DNA of 64,000 nt from Bacteroidales bacterium (GTDB lineage Bacteria; Bacteroidota; Bacteroidia; Bacteroidales; JAFGHD01): the NCBI GenBank assembly GCA_016939365.1, contig JAFGHD010000112.1:162-64161 (forward strand), read 5' to 3'. A program made the translations under genes and the position numbers. The notes under the pieces were generated by a model that did no database searches, had not been told where the DNA came from, and worked only from the letters and a program-made list of their open reading frames with translations. Positions 37,727 to 47,888 of the stretch are shown here, piece by piece. Every line of letters begins with the position of its first letter. Within the stretch, counting starts at the first letter, position 1.

Positions 37727-38719
37727 ATGCAATTCCGGGAAATACTTGCCGACCTTAAGAACAGGATCTACCACCCTGTCTATTTGCTCCACGGTGAAGA
37801 ACCCTGGTATATCGACCAGATTTCCGGTTATATCGAGGAGCATGTCCTGACCGCCGAAGAGAAGGAATTCAATCAGGTGGTGATCTACGGCAGGGATACG
37901 GATATCCCGTCCATCATCGCCCAGGCACGGCAGTATCCCATGATGTCGAGCCACCAGGTGGTCGTCATCAAGGAAGCGCAGGACATTGAAGATATCGGGG
38001 AACTGGCATCATATGTTCACAATCCCCTCCCCTCTACCATCCTGGTGATCAATTACAAATACAGCAAGGCAGACAACAAGCTGGTGAAGTTGGTCCAAAA
38101 GAAGGGTGTGGATTTTCAGTCTCCCCGAATCTACGAGAATAAAATTCCAGCATGGATCGCAGATTACTCAGCTGAACAGGGCTACCGCATAACCCTCAGG
38201 GCATGTGCCATGATCACCGAATTTCTGGGAAATGACCTGGGGAAAATCGTAAATGAGCTCGGCAAACTGTTCCTGAATTACCCGAAGAACACTGAGATCA
38301 ACGACATGATGGTCGAGCAGCACATCGGGATCAGCAAGGATTTCAACATATTCGAGCTGCAGAAAGCCATCGGCCAACGCAACACATTGTCTGCCTTCAG
38401 GATTGCGGCCTATTTTGCCTCCAATCCCAGAGAAAATCCGCTGATCAAGACGGTAGCCATCCTGAACGGCTTTTTCTGCAAGCTGCTGATCCTTCATCAG
38501 CTCAAGGATCAATCACAGGGGAATGTGGCTTCCGCGCTCTCCATTTCACCTTTTTTCGTCCGGGAGTATATGGCTGCATCGCGCCATTATTCGTTTGATC
38601 GTTCATCCCGGATCATTTCACTGCTCAGGGAGTATGACCTGAAGTCCAAGGGAATGGACAATAATTCCACGGCCGATGGGGAATTACTGAAGGAGTTGTT
38701 GTTCAGGATTTTCAATTGA
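37727..38719 (+). CDS. holA: DNA polymerase III subunit delta
   Basis: 330 aa. It begins ...IYHPVYLLHGEEPWYIDQIS and has the typical HolA N-terminal clamp-loader fold pattern and length. Confidence 0.7.
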   Translation: MQFREILADLKNRIYHPVYLLHGEEPWYIDQISGYIEEHVLTAEEKEFNQVVIYGRDTDIPSIIAQARQYPMMSSHQVVVIKEAQDIEDIGELASYVHNPLPSTILVINYKYSKADNKLVKLVQKKGVDFQSPRIYENKIPAWIADYSAEQGYRITLRACAMITEFLGNDLGKIVNELGKLFLNYPKNTEINDMMVEQHIGISKDFNIFELQKAIGQRNTLSAFRIAAYFASNPRENPLIKTVAILNGFFCKLLILHQLKDQSQGNVASALSISPFFVREYMAASRHYSFDRSSRIISLLREYDLKSKGMDNNSTADGELLKELLFRIFN

Positions 38720-38764
38720 GAATGGCATCATGTCACAGATTGACTTGCAGCCACCCCCTGACCC

Positions 38765-40573
38765 CTACTCTGGATCTTTGATATTAAAGAGTTTTCGGAT
38801 CTCTTCGGCGTATTTTTTCGAGATAAAATCCCTCCTCAGCTTCAGGCTTGCGGTCATTTCCCCGCTCTGGACAGTCCATTCCGAATCCATCAGTTGAAAC
38901 CTGACGATCTGTTCAAATTGCCCGAAATATTTGTTGTAATGTGCGATCTCATTGCGGAACATCTGTATTACGGAAGGATTTCCGGTCATTTCGGCATTTG
39001 TAGAGGGGTCGATTCCGTTTTCGAGGCACCAGGCGCGCAGGTGATCGAAATCCGGAACGATCAGTGCAGCTGCGAATTTCTGGTTTTCGCCGATGACAAT
39101 GATATTATCAATCAATGGGGATTCGGTGAACCTGTTTTCGATATGTTCCGGGCTGATGTATTTACCCATGGCGGTTTTGAAGATAGACTTTTTGCGTCCG
39201 GTGATGCGCAGGTATCCTCCGGGTTCGATCTGCCCGAGGTCTCCGGTATGGAACCATCCACCGGGATCGAGTGCTTCGCGGGTCAGTTCCGGTTCCCTAT
39301 AGTAGCCTTGCATCACGTTGGGTCCCTTCACCAGAATTTCGCCGTCATCAGCGATGCGCACCTCGACGTTTGACAAGGGTCGTCCCACGGTTCCGAACTG
39401 TATCCCTCCCTTTTCGAAGCTGTTGACGGCGACGACGGGAGAAGTCTCCGTCAGGCCGTATCCTTCCAGGACCGGCAGACCTGCCGCGGTGAATATCCTG
39501 CCCAGGCGGGGCTGCAGGGCGGCACCACCCGACACGATCACCCGGATGTTGCCCCCCAACGCCTCCCTCCATTTGCGGAACACCAGCTTCCGGGCCAGCC
39601 GGAGCTTCAAATCATACAACAAACCATTCCGGCCATCCGGCAGATATTGATTACCCAGCTTCACTGTCCATCTGAATATGGCCTTCCTGAAACCGCCCAG
39701 CGACTCTCCCCGATCGGTGATCCGGCTGTACACCTTCTCCAGAAAACGCGGCACCGTTGTGAAAATATCGGGTCTGATGTCACGGATATTGTCCGCGATG
39801 GCACCCATGTGCTCTGCATAATAGACACAAACACCTAAATAATGATAGATATAGATGTTGGTACGTTCATAGACGTGACTGAGCGGCAGGAAGCTGATGC
39901 TTTTCGAGGTATGATCCAGCGGAAAGAGGGGGTATGCAGCCAGGACATTGCTCAGGATGTTATGATGCGAGAGCATCACCCCTTTCGGATGCCCTGTGGT
40001 GCCGGAGGTGTAAATCAGGGTGGCGGTTTCGTGAGGATCGACGGCTTCTGTGATCTGTTCCAATTCTCCCTGAGCCGGATGTTCTTTTCCCAATCTGATG
40101 AGGTCGCTCAGGTCAGGGTGGTCTTCAATCTTACTGAAGGTATAAAGGCCCTGCAGGTCCGGCAGGTCGGCCAGTATTGGCTTTAACCTGGAGAGGAGCT
40201 CCCTGCCGGAAACAAAAACCAGCTTTGCTCCGGAATGACTGAGAATATAACGGTAGTCGGATTCACTCATGGTTGGATAAACCGGAACATGAATGGCACC
40301 CACCTGCAGGATGGCCATGTCAAGGAAGTTCCATTCGGGCCGGTTGACGGAGATGGTGGCGATCCGGTCGCCGGGCCTGACACCCAGGTGCAGCAGGCCA
40401 AAGCTGATCCATTTTGCCGTTTCGATATACTGACCGGCGGTATAATGCTCCCAGCGGCCTGCCTCCTGCGCAGCCAACAGATATTTATCTGCTCCGAAAG
40501 CTTCCCGTGCGCAGTATAACAGATCGAAAATTCTCCTTGGTTCCATCTCCCTGTCGTATGAACAGGTCAACAA
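38765..40573 (-). CDS. Long-chain fatty acid--CoA ligase (AMP-forming, ANL superfamily)
   Basis: The AMP-binding motif is IYTSGTTGHPKGVMLSH, with later motifs GYGLTE, TGDLG and GRKKSIFK. The start is ambiguous. The ORF-track ATG is at 40573, but Met10 (40546, MEPRRIFDLL) is equally plausible because a near-consensus -7 box (CAtcTTTG) lies at 40571-40578. Confidence 0.85.
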   Translation of the reverse strand: MLTCSYDREMEPRRIFDLLYCAREAFGADKYLLAAQEAGRWEHYTAGQYIETAKWISFGLLHLGVRPGDRIATISVNRPEWNFLDMAILQVGAIHVPVYPTMSESDYRYILSHSGAKLVFVSGRELLSRLKPILADLPDLQGLYTFSKIEDHPDLSDLIRLGKEHPAQGELEQITEAVDPHETATLIYTSGTTGHPKGVMLSHHNILSNVLAAYPLFPLDHTSKSISFLPLSHVYERTNIYIYHYLGVCVYYAEHMGAIADNIRDIRPDIFTTVPRFLEKVYSRITDRGESLGGFRKAIFRWTVKLGNQYLPDGRNGLLYDLKLRLARKLVFRKWREALGGNIRVIVSGGAALQPRLGRIFTAAGLPVLEGYGLTETSPVVAVNSFEKGGIQFGTVGRPLSNVEVRIADDGEILVKGPNVMQGYYREPELTREALDPGGWFHTGDLGQIEPGGYLRITGRKKSIFKTAMGKYISPEHIENRFTESPLIDNIIVIGENQKFAAALIVPDFDHLRAWCLENGIDPSTNAEMTGNPSVIQMFRNEIAHYNKYFGQFEQIVRFQLMDSEWTVQSGEMTASLKLRRDFISKKYAEEIRKLFNIKDPE

Positions 40574-40845
40574 AGATGAATTTTACTGATGCAATGATAA
40601 AAAAAGTTTTCTCACCTCTCCCGGGTCATCCCCGCCCCGGCCGTTCACCAGAGTTAATGCCATGAATTCCTCCCGGTACTAAAAATGACCGGTTTTCGAT
40701 TCCTTCTTTTATGGCTGATTGTTTTCAAGCACTTAAGCCGTATGTTGCGATACGCAAGATAAAGCATGATATTTAATAAAGATAAAAAATAAAATGAAGA
40801 AAGTCAACAAAACAATGGGAATTCTGATTCGACAGCCCCAATTTG

Positions 40846-41628
40846 TCACGGGCGTTTGTTCTTGTGGAAGATGGTAGCGCTGGCCTGTGCCATGGGCATG
40901 ATCAGGAGGTCGTTAACGTTCGCATGTTCCGGCAGTGTAGTCACCCAGTAAACGGCTTCCGCCACATCCGCTCCCGAGAGGGGTTTATAACCCTCGTAGA
41001 CTTTCCGGGCACGATCCTTATCCCCGCCGAAACGGACCTCTGAGAATTCGGTTTCCACCGCTCCGGGAGCGATCTGTGTCACACGGATCCCATATGGCAG
41101 CAGGTCGATCCGCATGGCCCGGGTCAGGGCATCGACGGCATGCTTGGTAGCGCAATAGACATTGCCGCTGGGATAAACCTCCCTTCCGGCTATGGAGCCG
41201 ATATGGATGATATGGCCCCTTCCATGGCGGATCATCAGCCGCGACACCTCCCGTGAAAGATACAGCAATCCCTTGACATTGGTGTCGATCATGGTATCCC
41301 AGTCTGCCGGGTCACCTTCCTGAACGGGGTCCAGACGCAGGGCAAGCCCTGCGTTATTGACCAGTACTGAAATCCTCTTCCAATCCTCCTCTAATGATGC
41401 CATTAAAGACTCAAGAGACAACCTGTCCCTGACATCAAAAGACAAGGGTTTCACCTTTATCGGGAAGGAATACTCCAGCTGTTCCCGTATCTCTTCCAGC
41501 CGATCTTTTCTGCGTCCGGTAATGATCAGATCGTATCCTTCCCGTGCAAACCTTCCGGCGCATGCCTTCCCGATCCCGCTGGTTGCTCCGGTGATCATCG
41601 CAATGCTTTGTGAAATCCGTGTCGTCAT
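40846..41628 (-). CDS. Short-chain dehydrogenase/reductase (YdfG/serine 3-dehydrogenase-like)
   Basis: 260 aa. The cofactor motif is ITGATSGIGKA, followed by NNAG and the catalytic YCATKHAV (YxxxK). Confidence 0.85.
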   Translation of the reverse strand: MTTRISQSIAMITGATSGIGKACAGRFAREGYDLIITGRRKDRLEEIREQLEYSFPIKVKPLSFDVRDRLSLESLMASLEEDWKRISVLVNNAGLALRLDPVQEGDPADWDTMIDTNVKGLLYLSREVSRLMIRHGRGHIIHIGSIAGREVYPSGNVYCATKHAVDALTRAMRIDLLPYGIRVTQIAPGAVETEFSEVRFGGDKDRARKVYEGYKPLSGADVAEAVYWVTTLPEHANVNDLLIMPMAQASATIFHKNKRP

Positions 41629-41660
41629 AGTCAGATATGGGTTGTTCGTTCATTTGGATA

Positions 41661-44600
41661 TCATAATCCGGAGGCTTGTTTGGCGATCCACTGACGGGCA
41701 TTGACAAAGGCTTCCACCCAGGGGGAGATTTCGTCACCGGACCTCTCATTCGGATAGTATGCCCATTGCCAGGGATAGACAGCCCTCTCGATATGTGGCA
41801 TCATGGCAAGGTGCCGCCCGTCGGCCGAGCAGATGGCTGCTGCGGCGTAGTCTGATCCGTTTGGGTTTCCCGGGTAATCCGGGTATGAAAACCTGAGTGG
41901 AATGTGGTACCGTTTTTCTTCACCCGGCAGGATAAAGCGTCCTTCTCCGTGAGCCACCCAGATGCCGAGCCTGCTCCCGGCCATCGATGACAGCATGACC
42001 GAACGGTTTTCAGAAATATCAGCGTTCAGAAAAGCCGATTCAAATTTTCCGGAACGGTTAACCTCCATCCGGGGTGCCGGGTGGAGCTCCGGACATATCA
42101 GGTTCAGTTCGACCATAAGCTGACATCCGTTACAGACACCGAGACTCAATGTATCGCTGCGCCGGTAGAACGCCTCCAGGGACAGCCTTGCCCTTTCGCT
42201 GAAGAGGAATGCCCCGGCCCAACCCCTGGCAGATCCCAATACATCGGAATTGGAGAACCCCCCGACGAAAACGATCATGTTCAGATCGCTCAGTGTCTCC
42301 CTGCCGCTGATCAGGTCCGTCATATGAACATCCTTCACATCAAATCCGGCCATGTATAACGACCAGGCCATTTCGCGGTCACCATTCACCCCTTTCTCGC
42401 GAATGATGGCAGCACGGATTCCGGAAGGCATCCTTCTTTTCAGGTCGATTCCGAACCGGTCCGCTTTCCCGTTGAAACTGCCGCTGAAATTAAATTGCAA
42501 CGGCTGCTTGCTGTAATTGCGGAAGCGGTGCGATGCCATCTCTTCCCTGCACTGCATTGAGTCGAGGAGCCATGAGGTCCGGTACCAGATGTCGCGGAGG
42601 CGGTCGATATCAAAGATGTGATCACCGGAGAGATGTCTGATCTGCAGGCTTCGCCCGGTGACCGGACGGCCGATATTCTGGTATGGTATGTTTTTTTCCT
42701 GAAGGAATCGGGATACCCCATCCGCATCCCGCACCTGAATAACGACTCCGGGATTTTCGCTGAAAAGGAGCCTGACGGGATCGTGCTCCTCCATTGGGGA
42801 GAGGTCGATGGCGAGTCCTGCTCCGGGTTGGGGGAAGGTCATTTCCAGAAGGCATGTGATGAGACCTCCCGCCGAAATGTCATGACCTGCCAGGATCATC
42901 CCTTCCCTGACAAGATGCTGTATGGCTTCAAAGGACTCCCTGAACCGGGCGGGATCAGCAACAGTGGGTGTTTTCTGCCCGAGCCGGCCGTTCAGCTGGG
43001 CAAAGCTGCTGCCTCCCAGGCAATGTTTCATACCTGAAAGATCGATATAGAAGAGCCTTGAACCAAAGTCGGGGACGATCACCGGTTCGACCACGCGTCG
43101 AATATCAGTTACTTCTCCTGCAGCAGAGACGATGACGGTTCCGGGGGCAAAGACCACTTCTCCGGGGTATTTCTGGGTCATGGAGAGACTGTCCTTTCCG
43201 GTCGGCACATTGATCCCAAGGGCGATACAGAAGTCGCTCAGGGATTTTACGGCCTGGTAGAGACGTGCATTTTCGCCAGGATTCCGGGCAGGCCACATCC
43301 AGTTGGCACTGAGGGAGATGCCCGACAATCCGTCGGCAATGGGTGCCCATAAGATATTGGTCAGGGCTTCAGCCACTGAAAGCACCGAACCTGCAGCGGG
43401 ATCCACCAGACCGGCAACAGGTGCATGACCCAGCGAAGTGGCCACACCTTTCCGCCCCTGATAATCAAGCGATACCACTCCCAGGTTGTTCAGTGGCAGC
43501 TGTATAATGCCGGCTGTCTGCTGCCGTGCGATCCTGCCTGTGACCGATCTGTCCACCTTGTTGGTAAGCCAGTCCTTACATGCCACCGCTTCCATTTGAA
43601 GCAGCGATCCCAGGTAATCCTGAAGCCGTGCGGTGTCGTATTCGGGAGGATGGAAGGAGTAGCCTTTCGATTGATCTTCCAGTACCGTTCTGGGTGGTGC
43701 ACCGAAAAAATCCTTGAGGTCCAGGTCGATCGGCCTGCGACCGGTCACCGGGTCTTCGAAGCAAAAGCGGCCGTCACCGGTAGTGGCACCCACATTATAG
43801 AGCGGGGCACGCTCCCGCTCAGATATGCGCTCCAGAAGGGGTAGTTCCTCTTCCCTGATCAGCAGACCCATACGTTCCTGGGATTCATTGCCAATGATCT
43901 CTCTGGCAGAGAGTGTATGGTCGCCCACGGGCAAGCGGCTCATATCGATCCGTCCGCCTGAGGGCTCGACAAGCTCCGACAATGAATTGAGATGCCCCCC
44001 GGCGCCATGGTCGTGGATCGAAATGATTGGATTGTCATCCATTTCTGAGAGGGCCCGTATGGCGTTGTACACACGTTTCTGCATTTCAGGATTCGACCGC
44101 TGTACAGCGTTAAGCTCGATGGCATTGCTGTATAGGCCTGTCGCAACCGACGAAACGGAACCTCCCCCCATTCCGATACGGTAATTGTCACCCCCCAGCA
44201 CAATGATCCTTTCCCCTTTTCCCGGCGGATCCTTTCGGCTGTCCTCCCTTCTGGCGTATCCGATACCACCGGCCAGCATGATCACTTTGTCGAACCCGAA
44301 TTTCCGTCCTGGCGTAAAATGTTCAAAAGTCAACACACTTCCGCAGATCAGGGGCTGTCCGAACTTGTTCCCGAAATCGCTGGCTCCGTTGGATGCTTTC
44401 ACCAGGATATCTGCGGGTGTCTGATAGCGCCATTTCCGGGGGTGGGTATGGCTTTCCCATTCCTTTCCGGGTTCGAGTCTTGAATAAGGGGTCATATATA
44501 CAGCGGTGCCTGCGAGGGGTATGCTGCCCTTGCCGCCCGCCATGCGGTCGCGGATCTCTCCTCCCGTGCCGGTGGCCGCCCCGTTGAACGGCTCCACTGT

Positions 44601-45356
44601 GGTAGGGAAATTATGGGTTTCTGCCTTCAATGATATGACGGTCTCAATGTCGCTTATCCTGAAATAATCCGCCACATCCTGGCGTTGAGGGGCAAATTGC
44701 TCTGCGGATGGCCCGGAAATAAAAGCCACATTATCGCTGTATGCCGAAACCAGCCGTCGCGCATGGATTGCAGATGTCTTGCGGATCATGGCAAACAGCG
44801 ACTCTTCCATCGCAAGGCCGTCTATGATGAAGATGCCGTTGAAGATCTTGTGACGGCAGTGCTCGGAATTCACCTGTGAGAAACCAAACACCTCGCTGTC
44901 GGTAAGAGGCCTGCCCAGCTTCGAACTCAGGGCTTCCAGGTACCGGATCTCTTCGGTGCTGAGTGCCAGCCCTTCCGACTCGTTATATGCGGTGATGTCC
45001 TCAATGGGACGGATGGGTTCCGGTTGCCGATCCATCCGGAAGATGTCCTGATTCAGCCCCTGATAGAGTTCCTGCAGCATGGGATCCCAGAATGCATCCT
45101 TTCCGGGCACCTGATGCAGCTCCTCAATCCGGGTTATCCCCACAACACCCATATTCTGCGTGATTTCCACAGCATTGGTGCTCCATGGGGTAATCATTTC
45201 GCGCCGCGGGCCTGTGAAAAAACCTTCGATGGGACCCGGCAGGATTTTATCCGACCTGAAAAGCCATCTGAGCCTTTCAATCTCCTCCTTTTCCGGATAG
45301 GTGGCGATCTCCACTGCGTAGTAAAGATGATTGCCGGGGGAGAAAAAAATGATCAT
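41661..45356 (-). CDS. purL: Phosphoribosylformylglycinamidine synthase (large single-chain FGAM synthetase)
   Basis: 1231 aa. The FGAM synthetase core includes ETHNFPT and GGEIRD. The C-terminal glutaminase has the catalytic GVCNGCQLM and HGEGRF. Confidence 0.95.
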   Translation of the reverse strand: MIIFFSPGNHLYYAVEIATYPEKEEIERLRWLFRSDKILPGPIEGFFTGPRREMITPWSTNAVEITQNMGVVGITRIEELHQVPGKDAFWDPMLQELYQGLNQDIFRMDRQPEPIRPIEDITAYNESEGLALSTEEIRYLEALSSKLGRPLTDSEVFGFSQVNSEHCRHKIFNGIFIIDGLAMEESLFAMIRKTSAIHARRLVSAYSDNVAFISGPSAEQFAPQRQDVADYFRISDIETVISLKAETHNFPTTVEPFNGAATGTGGEIRDRMAGGKGSIPLAGTAVYMTPYSRLEPGKEWESHTHPRKWRYQTPADILVKASNGASDFGNKFGQPLICGSVLTFEHFTPGRKFGFDKVIMLAGGIGYARREDSRKDPPGKGERIIVLGGDNYRIGMGGGSVSSVATGLYSNAIELNAVQRSNPEMQKRVYNAIRALSEMDDNPIISIHDHGAGGHLNSLSELVEPSGGRIDMSRLPVGDHTLSAREIIGNESQERMGLLIREEELPLLERISERERAPLYNVGATTGDGRFCFEDPVTGRRPIDLDLKDFFGAPPRTVLEDQSKGYSFHPPEYDTARLQDYLGSLLQMEAVACKDWLTNKVDRSVTGRIARQQTAGIIQLPLNNLGVVSLDYQGRKGVATSLGHAPVAGLVDPAAGSVLSVAEALTNILWAPIADGLSGISLSANWMWPARNPGENARLYQAVKSLSDFCIALGINVPTGKDSLSMTQKYPGEVVFAPGTVIVSAAGEVTDIRRVVEPVIVPDFGSRLFYIDLSGMKHCLGGSSFAQLNGRLGQKTPTVADPARFRESFEAIQHLVREGMILAGHDISAGGLITCLLEMTFPQPGAGLAIDLSPMEEHDPVRLLFSENPGVVIQVRDADGVSRFLQEKNIPYQNIGRPVTGRSLQIRHLSGDHIFDIDRLRDIWYRTSWLLDSMQCREEMASHRFRNYSKQPLQFNFSGSFNGKADRFGIDLKRRMPSGIRAAIIREKGVNGDREMAWSLYMAGFDVKDVHMTDLISGRETLSDLNMIVFVGGFSNSDVLGSARGWAGAFLFSERARLSLEAFYRRSDTLSLGVCNGCQLMVELNLICPELHPAPRMEVNRSGKFESAFLNADISENRSVMLSSMAGSRLGIWVAHGEGRFILPGEEKRYHIPLRFSYPDYPGNPNGSDYAAAAICSADGRHLAMMPHIERAVYPWQWAYYPNERSGDEISPWVEAFVNARQWIAKQASGL

Positions 45357-45401
45357 GACATGAACGGATTCTTGATTTGAGCCATCGGGCAGGATTCAGC
45401 A

Positions 45402-45409
45402 CAAAAATA
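45402..45409 (-). promoter_or_regulatory. Bacteroidota -7 promoter box (TAttTTTG on the minus strand)
   Basis: The plus strand reads caaaaata, 46 nt upstream of the purL ATG at 45356. Confidence 0.45.
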
Positions 45410-45493
45410 ATCATGTCTTTGTAATCCTCTGCCGAAGCTGTCCATAAAGCAGGAAATTCTTCAGGGATTAACAGAAATTTAACCGGACTATAC

Positions 45494-45829
45494 ATGGATA
45501 TTCTTATTTTCGCGCCCCGTTTACGGATGAGGTTTAACCACCAAAACGACAGAACAATGAATGAAGTGAATGAAAAGCTCAAGAAAGCCTGCCAGGAAGC
45601 ACTGGCGGCGTTCAGGAAACTCGGCAGAGAGGAATATGCAGATATATCGTCCAAGCTGGAGTATGTAATCGGAAGCTATGAGCACGATCTCAATCCCGTT
45701 GGTCTGCATGAGTTCGGCGGACCGGCACTGGAAATGCTCCGTAAGTTGAAGGAAAGGGAGCCCAGAAAAGTGAACAGGAAGGTCATCGTTGGCCTGGAGA
45801 AAGCAATGTCAGCATATCAGATTTCATGA
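45494..45829 (+). CDS. Small hypothetical helical protein
   Basis: The ORF is 111 aa. The basic, low-complexity first 21 residues suggest the real start may be Met22 (45557, MNEVNEKLKKA...), giving 90 aa. I recognise no family. Confidence 0.4.
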   Translation: MDILIFAPRLRMRFNHQNDRTMNEVNEKLKKACQEALAAFRKLGREEYADISSKLEYVIGSYEHDLNPVGLHEFGGPALEMLRKLKEREPRKVNRKVIVGLEKAMSAYQIS

Positions 45830-45907
45830 TCAAGGGCCGGTGAACCGGTAAAAGAGCCGGTCCCATGGATCCTTTGATAATAAGGCATTTCTTCTAAATG
45901 GATTGAT

Positions 45908-45915
45908 TATCTTTG
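45908..45915 (+). promoter_or_regulatory. Bacteroidota -7 promoter box (TAtcTTTG)
   Basis: tatctttg lies 26 nt upstream of the ATG at 45941. Confidence 0.45.
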
Positions 45916-45940
45916 CGATGAAAAGACTTTTCAGTTAACG

Positions 45941-47179
45941 ATGAAAGCCATTTCACCGCAAATGCTGGAGGAGCGTGTTCGCCTCCTGGAGAGGGTCGGG
46001 ATTTTTTCCGGGACAGACAGGGAGGTATTGAAGGCGCTGGCCGGGGTGCTCCGGGTGATCCGGTTCAGGCAGGGCCAGCAGATCTTCGGGAAGGGAGATG
46101 AAGGCCATGCCATGTATATTATTTACGAGGGCAGCGTCAGGGTTCATGACGGAAGCCATGTGTTATCAAAATTGTCCTCCGGCCAGGTTTTCGGCGAGTT
46201 TGCACTTTTTGATCTCGAGACAAGATCGGCATCCGTTACGGCAGAAGAGGCAGTTACGCTTCTGGAGTTGAATCAGCAGGATTTCTCGAGGGTCCTTGCC
46301 GACCGGATTGATGTCACCAAGGGTGTGCTGCGTAAGGTGATACGCAGGATACGTGAAATGAATGAGCTGGAAAGCAAGCTGGCCAAAAGTTACCTAAAAA
46401 TCAGCAAGCAGCGGGATGAGATCGGCAACCAGCATCAGAGCATCCTCAGCCAGAAAAAAGAGTTGGAAGCAGCCAATGAAGAGCTGACAAGGCTGAATGA
46501 GGAAAAAAACAGGCTCATCGGAGTTCTGGCGCATGGAATAAGGAATCCCCTGACCAGCAGTCTATGTGCAGCCGACCTTGCGGACCAGGAGTCAGCAAAC
46601 CTCCCGGAGCATATCAGGGAATATTTCAGCCTGATCTACAACGGGCTCCGGAGGATCAACAGCATCGTCAACCAGGTCCTTGACATCGATATGATCGAGC
46701 TCAAACGCAGCAAGATGCACATCGAAAAGGTGAACCTGGCGGATATGCTGAGACATCTGGAGGAGAGCCTGAAGTACACACTTCATATCAAACGGCTCAA
46801 TCTCGCCCTGGACCTGGAGGAAATCGAGACGGATGCAGACCGCAATATCATGTATTTCATCATCGACAACCTGATCTCAAACGCCATCCGGTTCTCACCA
46901 CCGGACAAAAATATCAGGATCTCGCTTTACCGTTCGGATGGCAAGGCGCGTCTCGAAGTCAGCGACGAGGGACCGGGAATCAGCAATGAAGCCCTTCGCA
47001 CACTGTTCGACAGACCCTGCCTGCATGATCGCACCACCGACAAAACCGGACTGTCCATAGTGAAAAAATACACTGAGGCAATGGATGGGGAAATCTATTG
47101 TGAAAGCAGGGGACAAAAGGGTACAACCTTTATACTGATCCTCAATATCAGCGGTATCAGCACATACGGGCGATCATAG
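45941..47179 (+). CDS. Cytoplasmic sensor histidine kinase with an N-terminal cyclic-nucleotide-binding domain
   Basis: 412 aa. The cNMP-binding fold includes FGKGDEGHAMYIIYEG...GQVFGEFALFD...RSASV. It is followed by a coiled coil, the H-box LAHGIRNPLTS, and HATPase motifs NLISNAIRF, DEGPGI and TGLSIV. No TM segment is present. Confidence 0.8.
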   Translation: MKAISPQMLEERVRLLERVGIFSGTDREVLKALAGVLRVIRFRQGQQIFGKGDEGHAMYIIYEGSVRVHDGSHVLSKLSSGQVFGEFALFDLETRSASVTAEEAVTLLELNQQDFSRVLADRIDVTKGVLRKVIRRIREMNELESKLAKSYLKISKQRDEIGNQHQSILSQKKELEAANEELTRLNEEKNRLIGVLAHGIRNPLTSSLCAADLADQESANLPEHIREYFSLIYNGLRRINSIVNQVLDIDMIELKRSKMHIEKVNLADMLRHLEESLKYTLHIKRLNLALDLEEIETDADRNIMYFIIDNLISNAIRFSPPDKNIRISLYRSDGKARLEVSDEGPGISNEALRTLFDRPCLHDRTTDKTGLSIVKKYTEAMDGEIYCESRGQKGTTFILILNISGISTYGRS

Positions 47180-47465
47180 CATTCCAGTCACTCCTGTCTT
47201 TTACCAGAAAACGCAATTCCTTTCCCTCTCGGGTGATAATGTTGAGGCCTGAGGGGAAGAGTAACCGGTTGTTGAACAGCATCACCTCCCTGATCTCATC
47301 CGGCATGATCTCCAGTCTGTAATGGTGCTCATTATCAGATACCGGAACAAAATAGAGCCTCTGGTTGGTCAGTATGAGTTTACCGTTCACACGCGACCCG
47401 TTGATCATCTGCTCGGATTTTCCTGCTTTGATCACCATCTCATTTGGATAGAAATCTATTTTCAT
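47157..47465 (-). CDS. Small GRAM/PH-like domain protein
   Basis: 102 aa. GKLILTNQRLYFVP is the typical GRAM/bacterial PH core strand pattern. Its 3' end overlaps the convergent kinase gene by 23 nt. Confidence 0.5.
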   Translation of the reverse strand: MKIDFYPNEMVIKAGKSEQMINGSRVNGKLILTNQRLYFVPVSDNEHHYRLEIMPDEIREVMLFNNRLLFPSGLNIITREGKELRFLVKDRSDWNAMIARMC

Positions 47466-47587
47466 GGGGTGTGTAAAATATTGCCCGGGAGTCAGAATTA
47501 AGACGCTCTCAGCGGCAATTTGTTACAGTGATAAACGGATAAAATCCCAGAATCATTATGTTGGGTCAGATGTTTCCCGGAAATTTT

Positions 47588-47848
47588 CTATTCCGTTTTT
47601 CGTCTGAACATCAAAGGAATATCCTCACCTTTCGGGGCACCGATCTCGACCAACTCCCAGTCCTTCTCATATTCCTTGATCCTGTGCTTCAGGGTAGTGA
47701 TCCTGTCATCCATTGCGGCCGTACCCCCTTCCCAGCGCAGGAGTTCCACACGGTACTGCAATGTCCGGTTTCGGCCGTTGATCCTGACATCGATCTCAAT
47801 GTTCTGTTCCGGTTCGATATCCGGAATCAGGATGACCACTTCTCTCAT
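47588..47848 (-). CDS. Small hypothetical protein (86 aa) downstream of the ABC ATPase
   Basis: The ORF track extends it to 48025, inside the ATPase gene. I trim it to Met60 (MREVVILIPDIEPEQ...), whose ATG at 47848 lies 41 nt after the ATPase stop. I recognise no family. Confidence 0.45.
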   Translation of the reverse strand: MREVVILIPDIEPEQNIEIDVRINGRNRTLQYRVELLRWEGGTAAMDDRITTLKHRIKEYEKDWELVEIGAPKGEDIPLMFRRKTE

Positions 47849-47888
47849 GATAATTGTATTTCCAGGCGTGCTGTTGCCGCATTGTCTT

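Noticed and set aside
40793-40876. A 27-codon plus-strand mini-ORF (MKKVNKTMGILIRQPQFVTGVCSCGRW) in the spacer after the acyl-CoA ligase promoter region
   Set aside because: It overlaps the 3' end of the convergent SDR gene. It has no promoter box or conservation evidence available, and it cannot be distinguished from chance.
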